A DNA stretch of 64,000 nt from Candidatus Poribacteria bacterium (GTDB lineage: Bacteria > Poribacteria > WGA-4E > PCPOR2b). A program made the translations under genes and the position numbers. Position 1 is the first letter of the stretch, and every line of letters begins with the position of its first letter. Shown one piece after another: positions 10,193-19,504 of this stretch. Under the pieces are notes generated by a model that ran no database searches, was not told the DNA's origin, and saw only the letters and a list, made by a program, of their open reading frames with translations. The stretch spans positions 3,424,001 to 3,488,000 of the forward strand of contig OZ242326.1 in NCBI GenBank assembly GCA_965208325.1, read 5' to 3'.

Positions 10193-11335
10193 ATGTATCG
10201 TCGATGGCTCTATGGACTCGCTGTCCTCACTGCTGTGATGACGTTTATCCTGATTTGCATGGGCGGACTTGTGACGAGTACGGACTCAGGGCTGGCTGTC
10301 CCCGATTGGCCGACGACCTTCGGATACAACATGTTTCTCTATCCGCTATCGAAAACGGTCAGCGGTTTTCTCTTCAGCATTGACTCAAACCTCCAAGCTA
10401 GTTTGGATGACAGTAATCCTTCGGTAGAGTTGCGGACGGCGCTTGAAAATGATGAGAATTCGGTGTCGGAGGATGTTAGAATTACTGTTATTGCGCCAGG
10501 CAGCAGATGGCGGCTAACAGATGACGAGAACGGGCGCACCTATTCGGTGATTAAAACGGGGGATCGGCTCGATGTTTACGTTCACGGCGTTCTGTACGAA
10601 CACAGCCATCGCTTGATTGGGTCGGTCGTCGGACTGCTGACGATTGGGTTGATGGTCTCAATATTGGCGAAGGACAATCGGAATTGGATGAAATGGCTTG
10701 GCGTTGTTGCACTCGCCGCGGTGGTTTTGCAGGGAGTGATGGGCGGGATGCGTGTCACAAACCTTAGTAGAATACTCGCTATCATTCACGCCTGTTTTGC
10801 CCAAGCATTTTTCGCACTGGCGGCAAGCCTCGCGTTATTTACGTCACGCGGATGGTTGGGGGCATCGGAGCAAATTGAAGCCGCAAATACTTCTCGCTTG
10901 AGAAATTTGACCATCATCACGGTATGTCTCATCTATGTCCAATTCATCTTCGGCGCCGTGTTGAGGCATACCGGGAATCGGCTGGACGCCCATCTGCTTT
11001 TCGCAGGTTTAGTATCAATTCACATATTTTTGCTCTTGAGGCGTATCTTGCTAGATTATCTGGAGAACCGGCTTCTTGTTCGCCTTATTCTGCTATTGAG
11101 CGGTCTGCTCGCCGTACAATTGGTGTTGGGATTTGGGGCATTCGTCACCGAGTTCACCGCTCTTGGAAAAGGCGTGTCCCCTGTGGCAGGCGTAGCAATC
11201 ACCACCGCCCATGTTGCGATAGGTGCGTTAATGATGGTCAGTTCTGTCCTACTGGCTTTGAATGTGTTTCGTTTCACAATGGGATCAGAACCTGTTGCGA
11301 ATCGAGGGCTTGTTTCCGACGAGGTATCCGCATGA
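10193..11335 (+). CDS. ctaA: Heme A synthase (CtaA/COX15 family)
   Basis: GGLVTSTDSGLAVPDWP, EHSHRL, conserved His residues in TM helices. Confidence 0.88.
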   Translation: MYRRWLYGLAVLTAVMTFILICMGGLVTSTDSGLAVPDWPTTFGYNMFLYPLSKTVSGFLFSIDSNLQASLDDSNPSVELRTALENDENSVSEDVRITVIAPGSRWRLTDDENGRTYSVIKTGDRLDVYVHGVLYEHSHRLIGSVVGLLTIGLMVSILAKDNRNWMKWLGVVALAAVVLQGVMGGMRVTNLSRILAIIHACFAQAFFALAASLALFTSRGWLGASEQIEAANTSRLRNLTIITVCLIYVQFIFGAVLRHTGNRLDAHLLFAGLVSIHIFLLLRRILLDYLENRLLVRLILLLSGLLAVQLVLGFGAFVTEFTALGKGVSPVAGVAITTAHVAIGALMMVSSVLLALNVFRFTMGSEPVANRGLVSDEVSA

Positions 11336-12234
11336 TGCCAACAACACACACGCTAGACATCGGCTTATCCCAGATGAGCCGCCGCTTATCCATCTTTGTT
11401 GAGTTGACTAAACCGCGGCTGGTTTCGATGATACTAGTTACAACTTCAGCCGGCTTCTACCTCGCCTCTCCCCAGGTGCTAAATTGGCTGCAGTTCATTC
11501 ACGCCATTATCGGCACGGGTCTATCGGCAGCGGGAGTGTTAGCCCTTAATCAGTACCTTGAACGCGACTTAGATGCCCAGATGGTGCGGACATGCCACCG
11601 GCCGTTGCCGGATCGTCGGCTTCAACCGACGACAGCGCTGTCCTTCGGGGTTTTGTTGACGGCTGGCGGCTTGCTCTACATGGCGTTTGCCGTAAACGCC
11701 TTGAGCGCACTAGTCACGTCAGCCATTGTTGTGACTTATCTGTTCGTCTATACTCCGCTAAAGCAGAAAACATCGCTCTGTACTGTGGTGGGCGCGGTAC
11801 CCGGGGCATTACCGCCTGTAATCGGTTGGGTTGCGGCGCGGGGTACGCTCAATATTGAGGCGTGTGTGCTTTTCGCAATTCTGTTCCTCTGGCAACTGCC
11901 GCATTCGCTGTCGATTGCGTATATCTACCGAGACGAATACGCAAAGGCAGGTTTCCGCTTGCTTCCGGTAATTCACCCGGACGGCAAGAGCACCGGAAGG
12001 CAGATTGTCAGCAACTGTCTAGGCCTTCTCTTTGCGGCGCTGCTGCCCACGTTAATCGGCATAGCGGGTATAGTCTATTTTTTCGTTGCGTTGGCGTTGA
12101 GCATCGGGTTTCTTGGGTTCGGCATCAGCCTCTCAATTTCTCGATCGACTGCGGCAGCAAAACGGCTGCTGTACGCTTCATTGATATACTTGCCGCTTGT
12201 ATTTCTAGTGATGGCACTTGACAAGATGGCGTAA
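11332..12234 (+). CDS. ctaB: Heme O synthase (protoheme IX farnesyltransferase)
   Basis: ELTKPR, NQYLERDLDAQMVRT.RPLP, YTPLK, WQLPH. ATGA overlap with the ctaA stop. Confidence 0.93.
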   Translation: MMPTTHTLDIGLSQMSRRLSIFVELTKPRLVSMILVTTSAGFYLASPQVLNWLQFIHAIIGTGLSAAGVLALNQYLERDLDAQMVRTCHRPLPDRRLQPTTALSFGVLLTAGGLLYMAFAVNALSALVTSAIVVTYLFVYTPLKQKTSLCTVVGAVPGALPPVIGWVAARGTLNIEACVLFAILFLWQLPHSLSIAYIYRDEYAKAGFRLLPVIHPDGKSTGRQIVSNCLGLLFAALLPTLIGIAGIVYFFVALALSIGFLGFGISLSISRSTAAAKRLLYASLIYLPLVFLVMALDKMA

Positions 12235-12257
12235 CGGACTGGGAGAATAAAACTCGA

Positions 12258-12368
12258 GTGAACAACGGCGAAAAGCGGCGGCGCAACCGACGTGTCGGCT
12301 GGTTCTTATTCGGAATATTTATCGTCTTGTTTTTTCTGGCAACGCTGCTCGCACTCTTTAAAAACTGA
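12258..12368 (+). CDS. 36-aa single-TM small protein (CoxF-like oxidase-associated peptide), absent from the ORF track
   Basis: GTG start after GGGAGA; MNNGEKRRRNRRVGWFLFGIFIVLFFLATLLALFKN; directly after ctaB. Confidence 0.65.
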   Translation: MNNGEKRRRNRRVGWFLFGIFIVLFFLATLLALFKN

Positions 12369-12458
12369 TGAATAACGTCTTGTAGGCGAGGTTTCCTAGT
12401 CTCGATTGTTCGGTAATGGGGCTTTTCTTCTTTAACTGCGTTTCAAATAAAATCTTCG

Positions 12459-13064
12459 ATGAATGAATTAGAACACACGTCATACACAAGCACCGAAGGC
12501 GAAAACAGGCCGATAAGCAATGCGCGTTTAGCCGTATTGGTACTATTGGGCGCAGAAATCATGTTTTTCGCAGGGCTGATAGGGACATTCCTTGTGTTCC
12601 GCCTGGGCAGTACAACATGGCCCCCTGCTTCTCAGGTAGACGTTCGTTTGCCCGTGGGTGTGACAGGACTGAACACAATCGTACTGCTCTTGAGCGGTTT
12701 TACGATGTTTAAAGCGCAGCAAGCCATTCGGCAAGGCCTTCAGAATGCGCTTAGAAACAGGCTTTTCCTGACGGGGCTGCTCGGCGTCATCTTCCTCGCT
12801 GTGCAGGGTTACGAATGGGTGCGCTTGGTGCATCACGGATTCACGCTTTCATCGGGAGTATACGGCTCAATATTTTATGTGCTTATCGGTTGCCATGCCC
12901 TGCACGTACTGGTGGCAGTATTTTGGCTGTTAGCCGTTTTCATTGGGGCGACGGCCGGACGGTTTTCCGTTGATCGCCACGTGGGTGTTGAGGTCTGCGC
13001 TATTTACTGGGCGTTTGTTGTGTTGTTGTGGCCCATTCTTTATGTCCTTGTATATTTGATCTAA
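12459..13064 (+). CDS. Cytochrome c oxidase subunit III family, copy 1
   Basis: 'EIMFFAGL', 'NTIVLLLSG', 'QGYEW', 'GCHALHV', 'YWAFV'. Confidence 0.9.
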   Translation: MNELEHTSYTSTEGENRPISNARLAVLVLLGAEIMFFAGLIGTFLVFRLGSTTWPPASQVDVRLPVGVTGLNTIVLLLSGFTMFKAQQAIRQGLQNALRNRLFLTGLLGVIFLAVQGYEWVRLVHHGFTLSSGVYGSIFYVLIGCHALHVLVAVFWLLAVFIGATAGRFSVDRHVGVEVCAIYWAFVVLLWPILYVLVYLI

Positions 13065-13123
13065 ATGGAGGACGTTCAAAACAGCCGCGAGATGTCCATG
13101 CCTCGACTTTCGGAGGTTGAGAA

Positions 13124-13345
13124 ATGACCGCAATTTCCAAAAAAAGGTACCAATCAAGAAAGAAAAAATGCCTCGACTCGAAAAACGAAGAAACTGTTAT
13201 GCAATGTCAGTCACAAGAACCGATATGGAAAATTGTTGCTGGCATTGGGTCACAGATTCCCTTGGCATCGTGGGAGAATGTGCCCGATGATGCCTCAATA
13301 AACTTCAAGCATTATCTTTACGGGGAACCCAAAAGGACCGTATGA
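13124..13345 (+). CDS. Putative antitoxin of a VapBC-type pair
   Basis: C-terminal 'VPDDASINFKHYLYGEPK' motif; ATGA-coupled to a PIN remnant. Confidence 0.55.
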   Translation: MTAISKKRYQSRKKKCLDSKNEETVMQCQSQEPIWKIVAGIGSQIPLASWENVPDDASINFKHYLYGEPKRTV

Positions 13346-13525
13346 ATGCCGTTTTTGCCGATGCAGGATATTGGATAGCGTTGTTCAATCCGGGCGATCG
13401 GCTGCATGGGGCTCATCGACTGTGCTTCATTTCTCATTATGCAGCAACGGCGCATCATAGACGCACTAGCTTTTGATGAACATTTCAGGCAAGCGGGTTT
13501 CAATCCTTTATTGCGCGCGAATTAA
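13342..13525 (+). pseudogene. vapC: VapC/PIN toxin with internal deletion and frameshift
   Basis: N-terminus MNAVFADAGYWIALFNPGDRLH is joined out of frame to C-terminus GLIDCASFLIMQQRRIIDALAFDEHFRQAGF. Confidence 0.8.
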
Positions 13526-13641
13526 ATAAAGGAAATGTTCATGAATTCCTGTGCATCTAGACGTTTTCCCGTTGAATATTGGGTTGCACTGGAATGCGCG
13601 ATTTGCTCCTGTCGTTATTTTGCAAATGAGGGGATTTATTA

Positions 13642-13896
13642 ATGATGTGGCGATATTTTTCACTAATAGTTGGGATGATGGTCCTTTCAACGTTGATACC
13701 AACGGTTGTGGACGCGTGCCCTTCATGTAAAACGATTGATGACCCAATTGTTCAAGGATTTAAGTGGAGTATTTTATTCCTTATGGCGATGCCTTATATT
13801 GTTTCCGGTCTGATTGGTGGCAGTGTATTCTATATTTACAAACACTCACATCGGACCAATAATCATAAACCATCTTCAAATGTGAAAGGAGTGTGA
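13642..13896 (+). CDS. Small membrane protein with CPxC motif (oxidase-operon associated)
   Basis: Signal-like N-terminus, ACPSCK, TM segment 'SILFLMAMPY'. Confidence 0.7.
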   Translation: MMWRYFSLIVGMMVLSTLIPTVVDACPSCKTIDDPIVQGFKWSILFLMAMPYIVSGLIGGSVFYIYKHSHRTNNHKPSSNVKGV

Positions 13897-13899
13897 AAA

Positions 13900-14544
13900 T
13901 TGGAAGACACTGCAACACTCGATCATTCCGCAGATGTCTATGAACCATCCCTCACGCCTGACAGTCTGGGAAAGTTGGGGATGTGGCTCTTTCTTATTAG
14001 CGATGCGATGTCGTTTGGCGCGCTGTTGGCTGCCTACGGCGCTATCCGTGCTGGCGCAGCCGAGTGGGCGCCGCCATCCGAAGTACTCGGCATTGAACTC
14101 ACGGCGTTTATGACCTTTCTGTTAATCTGTAGTAGTGTCACGATGGTCAAAGCCCTCGAAGCCATCCAGAACGGCAATCAGAGGAGGATGTGTACCTTCC
14201 TCGGTTTGACTATCCTAGGCGGCGTAATCTTCTTGGGATTGCAAGCCTACGAATGGACACACCTAATTACACACGGGCTCACCCTAACCACAATTCCTCA
14301 TCACGGGTTGTCTGGGGCTGAGATTTCAGGTTCTGTGCTTTTTGGTCCCACTTTCTACACAATTACAGGTTTCCACGGTGCCCACGTCACTGGCGGAGTC
14401 ATTTACCTCATCGTTATCTTGATACAAGGACTGCGGGGAAATTACACAGCCGAGTATAACCACAAGGTCGAGATTTTGGGGTTGTATTGGCACTTCGTAG
14501 ACCTTATCTGGATTATGGTCTTTACGTTTGTCTATCTATTGTAA
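13900..14544 (+). CDS. Cytochrome c oxidase subunit III family, copy 2
   Basis: KLGMWLFLISD, QAYEW, TGFHGAHV, GLYWHFVD. Confidence 0.92.
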   Translation: MEDTATLDHSADVYEPSLTPDSLGKLGMWLFLISDAMSFGALLAAYGAIRAGAAEWAPPSEVLGIELTAFMTFLLICSSVTMVKALEAIQNGNQRRMCTFLGLTILGGVIFLGLQAYEWTHLITHGLTLTTIPHHGLSGAEISGSVLFGPTFYTITGFHGAHVTGGVIYLIVILIQGLRGNYTAEYNHKVEILGLYWHFVDLIWIMVFTFVYLL

Positions 14545-14563
14545 ACTCTAATGGAGAATCGAG

Positions 14564-14908
14564 ATGGAACACGCTCATAAAGAACATCCGAGATACATGA
14601 GAATATTTTGGATACTTTTGGTGCTCACAATCCTTGAAGTCCTAGTTGCTTTGCCTTTTTTAAAGCAGATGTTGGGGACAGCTATAACCGCAATCTTGCT
14701 AATCGGTATGGCATGTTCTAAAGCAGCTTACGTTGCGCTCTATTTCATGCACTTGAAATTTGAGAAGAAAACCTTGACAGCCATCGCATTAACACCGTTT
14801 ATCATCTGTGTTTTTCTCGTGTTTATGCTGCTTCCGGATTTGATGGAAGACGCTCGTCACGCAGGAATGGAAACATCCGCATCTCAAACTGTTGAATCCT
14901 CTCATTGA
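14564..14908 (+). CDS. Cytochrome c oxidase subunit IV family
   Basis: 'LLVLTILEV', 'KAAYVALYFMHLKFE'. Confidence 0.88.
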   Translation: MEHAHKEHPRYMRIFWILLVLTILEVLVALPFLKQMLGTAITAILLIGMACSKAAYVALYFMHLKFEKKTLTAIALTPFIICVFLVFMLLPDLMEDARHAGMETSASQTVESSH

Positions 14909-14949
14909 TGCGCAATGATTGGTATTCTACCTAAAATCTAATTACGTTT

Positions 14950-15597
14950 ATGGAAACAGAAACACCGGCACAGAATCCTAAACCGAGGGAACGCCTGCGG
15001 CATGGACTGTTGTGGGGGGTGTTGATTGTCGTCATCGTCGGTATTGTTGGCGCCAATATTTGGTCGCCGCATCATCAAGATTCAGGCGACGACACCGAAC
15101 CGGATCTTTCCGTCCATCATCAGGTGCCTGATTTCTCTTTGATTGATCAGCGCGGTGCTTTAGTTACTCCGTCGGATCTACGCGGCAAGATTTGGGTTGT
15201 GGATTTTATCTTCACCCGCTGCGTTGCGGCATGTCCACTAATGACGGACAAGATGAAGAAACTTCAGGAAGAATTCGCGGAGTCAGGTGTTTACTTCGTC
15301 TCGGTTTCTGTCGATCCGGAATATGACACGCCGGACGTTCTCTTTCAGTACGCTAATCGCTTCGGCGTGGATGGAAGCACATGGTTGTTTCTAACAGGAG
15401 AAAAGGAAACTATCTATCACCTCACACAAGAAGGCTTCGGCTTAGCTGTCGGGCAGCAAGAATCCGAAGTTCTTCATAGCGCTCGGTTTGTCTTGGTTGA
15501 TCGCCGCGGGCAAATACGCGGATTCTACGACAGCAACGAAGATGAGGCGCTTCAAAAACTTCGCCGAGATATACCGCAATTACTCATCGAATCGTGA
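14950..15597 (+). CDS. SCO family copper chaperone
   Basis: FIFTRCVAACP (CxxxC), SVDPEYDT, HSARFVLVD. Confidence 0.92.
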   Translation: METETPAQNPKPRERLRHGLLWGVLIVVIVGIVGANIWSPHHQDSGDDTEPDLSVHHQVPDFSLIDQRGALVTPSDLRGKIWVVDFIFTRCVAACPLMTDKMKKLQEEFAESGVYFVSVSVDPEYDTPDVLFQYANRFGVDGSTWLFLTGEKETIYHLTQEGFGLAVGQQESEVLHSARFVLVDRRGQIRGFYDSNEDEALQKLRRDIPQLLIES

Positions 15598-15884
15598 ACC
15601 TTGATGCAGTGCGACTCGGCGTTTCGCTGGCAGTTCTCATCATCAATCTGCCTTTTGGATATTTTCGTGTTCGCTACAAAAGGTTTACCCGCCCTTGGGG
15701 GCGGTGTATCTACATCCCCATTCTTATTAACATAGTCCTCCGCCGCTTTATCCTGCACTGGGAGTGGGACGGAGCGCTCTTTCTCTTTTCAGCCGCGATT
15801 CTTGGACACATTTTAGGCGGACTCTGGGGTAGGCGCCAGCAGAAAAAGCGGGAAGCGATGTCGGAATTAAACCTTGAGAGTTGA
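15594..15884 (+). CDS. Hypothetical small membrane protein
   Basis: Three hydrophobic segments; GTGA-coupled to the SCO gene. Confidence 0.65.
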   Translation: MNLDAVRLGVSLAVLIINLPFGYFRVRYKRFTRPWGRCIYIPILINIVLRRFILHWEWDGALFLFSAAILGHILGGLWGRRQQKKREAMSELNLES

Positions 15885-15975
15885 AGATAAAATTCGTCAG
15901 TTTGCCGGTTGTTGATTGGAGATGGGTCAATCGACCCATTACGCGAATAGCGAAGGCAACAGTCTTAGTAATTCG

Positions 15976-16035
15976 TTACGCATTACGCATTACGTGTTAC
16001 GTATTACGCATTAAGCATTACTCATCACGCATCAC
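15976..16035. repeat. Heptamer tandem repeat (TTACGCA)x~8
   Basis: ttacgca ttacgca ttacgtg ttacgta ttacgca ttaagca ttactca tcacgca. Confidence 0.9.
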
Positions 16036-16088
16036 TAAATCCGTTCGCTTGATTGATAGTTTTAACTGACAGTCAAGGAAAAGCAACG

Positions 16089-18017
16089 ATGTTCAAAAAA
16101 ATCCACGTGCCTGTTGACAATTCGGATTATTCTGACGCGAGCGTCAATCTTGCTGTCGCGTTTGCCAAGAAATTCGCTTCGCAACTAGTTGGCTCTCATG
16201 TCTACGCGGCGAAGATGCACGACGTTCGTTTCAAACAGATGGAATACACCCTGCCGGAGGAGTATCAGGACGAAGTCGAACTCGAAAAACAGCGCCGTAT
16301 CCATGACACCTTGATTACGATGGGGCTCCAACTTATTTCGGATTCGTATCTTGATGTCATGCAGAAAATATGTGTGAAAGAGAATATCCCTTTTGAAGCA
16401 AAAATGCCGGAGGGCAAGCATTTCATCAAGATGGTGGAGGATATTCAATCTAGCGGTTACGATCTGGTAATTATGGGCGCTCTTGGTATGGGAGCCGTCA
16501 AAGACAGCCTGCTCGGCGGTGTGTGCGAACGGGTTGTCCGCCGAATCCAAACCGATGTACTCGTGGTCAGAAACATTCGGCCCATCGAAGAGCAGCACGG
16601 CCACATTCTCGTAGGCATTGACGGCAGCCCTGAATCATTCGCCGGCTTGAAAACGGCGATTCAGATCGGTAAAGCATTTAATCGGCACGTCGAGGCGGTT
16701 GGTGTCTACGATCCATATCTCCATTATGTGGTATTTAATTCAGTCGTCAATGTGCTGACGGAACGCGCATCTAAAACCTTTCGATTCAAAGAGCAGGAAC
16801 AGTTGCACGAGGAGGTAATCGACACTGGGCTCGCAAAGATTTATCAGTCCCATTTAGAGGTGGCGCGTACAATCGCGAAAGAAGACCACAACTACGACCT
16901 CAAAATAACCTTGCTCGACGGCAAAGCCTTTGAAAAAATCTTGCAATACACGCGTAAGACCCAGCCGTGGCTGCTGGTGCTTGGTCGAATTGGCGTGCAC
17001 AGCGAATCCGATATGGACATCGGAAGCAACACCGAAAATCTGCTGCGGCTCGCGCCTTGCAACCTTCTACTATCGAGCCAACGGTATGTCCCCAAGGTTG
17101 ATGTCAAGGCAGAAGAGACTGTCGTTTGGACGCAGGAAGCCTTAGACCGTATGGAGAAAGCGCCGCCGCTAATCAAAGGAATTGCCAGGACGGCAGTCCA
17201 CCGCTTTGCGCTTGAGCGCGGGCACTCGGTCATTACCGAAAGCGTCATTGAGGGCGCTATGGAGACCTTTATGCCGGGGCGCTCTGCCGAACGGATGACG
17301 AGAGTCGCCAAAGAGGTCGCGGCACAGACGGTTCTTGAGGCAAATGCCGTCCAGACATACATCTGTGAAGATTGCGGCTATGCCGCCCGTGAACAGCAAC
17401 CGGTGAAATGTCCGGTCTGCGGCGTCGGCAGCGACCGCTTCCAGATGGTTGATAAAGACTCGCTGCAGAAAATTGCGGCTCAAGAGGGCGGCGTCAGCGA
17501 AGAACGTACCTTTGACGGCGTCCGCCTCCAGTGGTCGGATCAGGCAAAGAAGGCGTTGCGGAATGTTCCGCGCGGTTATATGCGGCGTAATGTCAAGGCG
17601 CGAATCGAAAAATCGGCGCGGACGCAGAAAATCGACACTATCACGAATGAATTTGCCATGCAGATTGTCAACGAGAGCATCGATGACGCTTCCGCTATCC
17701 GAGAAGACGCGCCTGAACTAAGGGCTGTGTCTCAATCGCGCGGCAACGCCGACACCGCCCAAGGGGAGGCATTTGAAAGTCGGTTTGAATGGACAACAGA
17801 CGCCCGTGAGCGATTGAATCTCGTACCCGCAGGATTTATGAGGAACATCACGCAGTCTCGCGTCGAGCAGCGGGCACAGGAAGCCGACCTTGAAACAATC
17901 AACCTCGATTTTGCGGCACAGGTAATTGAAGACGGACGGAGTCTGGCTAACGAGGTGCTTGGCAGCTATTATCAACAGGATGAACAGGCTAGCGAGGTAG
18001 GCGCACAGGCAAAATGA
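16089..18017 (+). CDS. Universal stress protein (2x USP) + rubredoxin-like ribbon + 3 PCP_red-like modules
   Basis: MFKKIHVPVDNS and ILVGIDGS USP starts; CEDC...CPVC; three W(T/S)xxAxxxL..(V/A)P modules. Confidence 0.85.
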   Translation: MFKKIHVPVDNSDYSDASVNLAVAFAKKFASQLVGSHVYAAKMHDVRFKQMEYTLPEEYQDEVELEKQRRIHDTLITMGLQLISDSYLDVMQKICVKENIPFEAKMPEGKHFIKMVEDIQSSGYDLVIMGALGMGAVKDSLLGGVCERVVRRIQTDVLVVRNIRPIEEQHGHILVGIDGSPESFAGLKTAIQIGKAFNRHVEAVGVYDPYLHYVVFNSVVNVLTERASKTFRFKEQEQLHEEVIDTGLAKIYQSHLEVARTIAKEDHNYDLKITLLDGKAFEKILQYTRKTQPWLLVLGRIGVHSESDMDIGSNTENLLRLAPCNLLLSSQRYVPKVDVKAEETVVWTQEALDRMEKAPPLIKGIARTAVHRFALERGHSVITESVIEGAMETFMPGRSAERMTRVAKEVAAQTVLEANAVQTYICEDCGYAAREQQPVKCPVCGVGSDRFQMVDKDSLQKIAAQEGGVSEERTFDGVRLQWSDQAKKALRNVPRGYMRRNVKARIEKSARTQKIDTITNEFAMQIVNESIDDASAIREDAPELRAVSQSRGNADTAQGEAFESRFEWTTDARERLNLVPAGFMRNITQSRVEQRAQEADLETINLDFAAQVIEDGRSLANEVLGSYYQQDEQASEVGAQAK

Positions 18018-18181
18018 CTTAATTGGCTCAGAACGATCAAATGAGCGGAAAGTGAAGGGATGGTTTACTGCGAATCCCAACGCATTTGAAAACTTCGTCA
18101 ATCCAAATACAAAAAACTGTCGCGATTACTATCTTGTCTCTAATTTGGCGGATTGTTTAGGAATTTGGGAGGCTTTATCCC

Positions 18182-19465
18182 ATGGGCTACGCGCGGAAAA
18201 AACAGTGGACAATTGTAATACTTTCCGTAATTTTGCTTTCGGCTGTGGGCGTTGCCGCAGCGGAAAACTGGCCGCATTGGCGCGGACCGCGCAACGATGG
18301 CACCAGTCTCGAAACCGGCCTTCCAATCCAATGGAGTAGCACTGAAAACGTCCTGTGGCGGCTTCCGCTACCGGGCGCCGCCGGTGCAACACCGGTCGTG
18401 TGGGATGACCGCATCTTCCTGACTTCGGCAGAGGGCAGCGATCTGGTACTGTTGTGCATCGGAACAGATGGCGAGTTACTCTGGAAACGCACCTTGGGAA
18501 CCGGCAATCGCAACGTCCACGGCGGAGAGGGAAACGCCGCCTCCCCTTCCCCATCCACCGACGGCAAACATGTCTGGGCATTCATCAGCACTGGAGACTT
18601 AGCCTGCTATGACTTCGACGGCAACGAGGTCTGGAAGACTAATCTGGAAGACCGGTACGGCGGCTTCAATCTCTACTTCGTCATGGCATCCACTCCGCTC
18701 CTTGACGGTGACCGGCTTTATCTCCAGTTAATTCACAGCAATGCATGGCTCGTGCTGGCATTGGACAAATCGACCGGCCGTGAGATTTGGAAACACAATC
18801 GTATAAGCGACGCATACGCGGAGTGCGAACATTCTTACGCCTCCCCTTCGCTCTATCGAGACGATAAACGTGAATTCTTGCTCGTTCACGGTGCGGACTA
18901 CATCACCGCCCACCATCTCACGGACGGAAGCGAGATTTGGCGCTGCGGAAACCTTAATCCGAAGAATAGCTACAACACCTCCCTGCGGTTGGTTGCCTCC
19001 CCTGTAGCCGTTCCCGGACTCGTCGTCGTTCCTTCCGCGAAGAATGGGCCGGTCATCGGCCTGCGTCCCGGCGGCAAGGGGGATATAACCGGCTCAAAGC
19101 GATGGCAGCACTGGCGGCGAGCGGATGGCACGCCGGATGTTCCGTCTCCACTCATCCATGAAGGACTTGTTTATCTATGCCGGGAAAACGGCGATCTAAT
19201 TTGTATGGACGCCGAATCCGGCAAGCAAGTGTACAAAGAGCGGACGCACCGTCACAGGCACCGTGCATCCCCCGTTTCCGGTGGCGGCAACATCTACTTG
19301 ACTTCGAGGGACGGACGTGTAACCGTTGTAAAATCTGGGCGGAATTTTGAGATTCTTGCCTCCAACGACATTGAAGAGACGATCTCCGCGTCCCCCGTCA
19401 TCTCGAACGGCAAGTTCTATCTACGGAGCTACAAAGCGCTGTATGCCATCGGTGTTGCGGAGTGA
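18182..19465 (+). CDS. PQQ-binding-like beta-propeller (BamB-like) protein
   Basis: Signal peptide, ENWPHWRGP, repeated 'G.E.W' and 'ASP' motifs. Confidence 0.88.
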   Translation: MGYARKKQWTIVILSVILLSAVGVAAAENWPHWRGPRNDGTSLETGLPIQWSSTENVLWRLPLPGAAGATPVVWDDRIFLTSAEGSDLVLLCIGTDGELLWKRTLGTGNRNVHGGEGNAASPSPSTDGKHVWAFISTGDLACYDFDGNEVWKTNLEDRYGGFNLYFVMASTPLLDGDRLYLQLIHSNAWLVLALDKSTGREIWKHNRISDAYAECEHSYASPSLYRDDKREFLLVHGADYITAHHLTDGSEIWRCGNLNPKNSYNTSLRLVASPVAVPGLVVVPSAKNGPVIGLRPGGKGDITGSKRWQHWRRADGTPDVPSPLIHEGLVYLCRENGDLICMDAESGKQVYKERTHRHRHRASPVSGGGNIYLTSRDGRVTVVKSGRNFEILASNDIEETISASPVISNGKFYLRSYKALYAIGVAE

Positions 19466-19504
19466 ATTGCCAAGCACGGAGAATTGTGAAGTCGGGTGCC
19501 GCTC

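Noticed and set aside
10924..11331. N-terminal extension of ctaB
   Set aside because: Overlaps ctaA out of frame. The real start is the coupled ATG at 11332.
15881..16069. 62-aa ORF
   Set aside because: Reads through the heptamer repeat and a motif arm.
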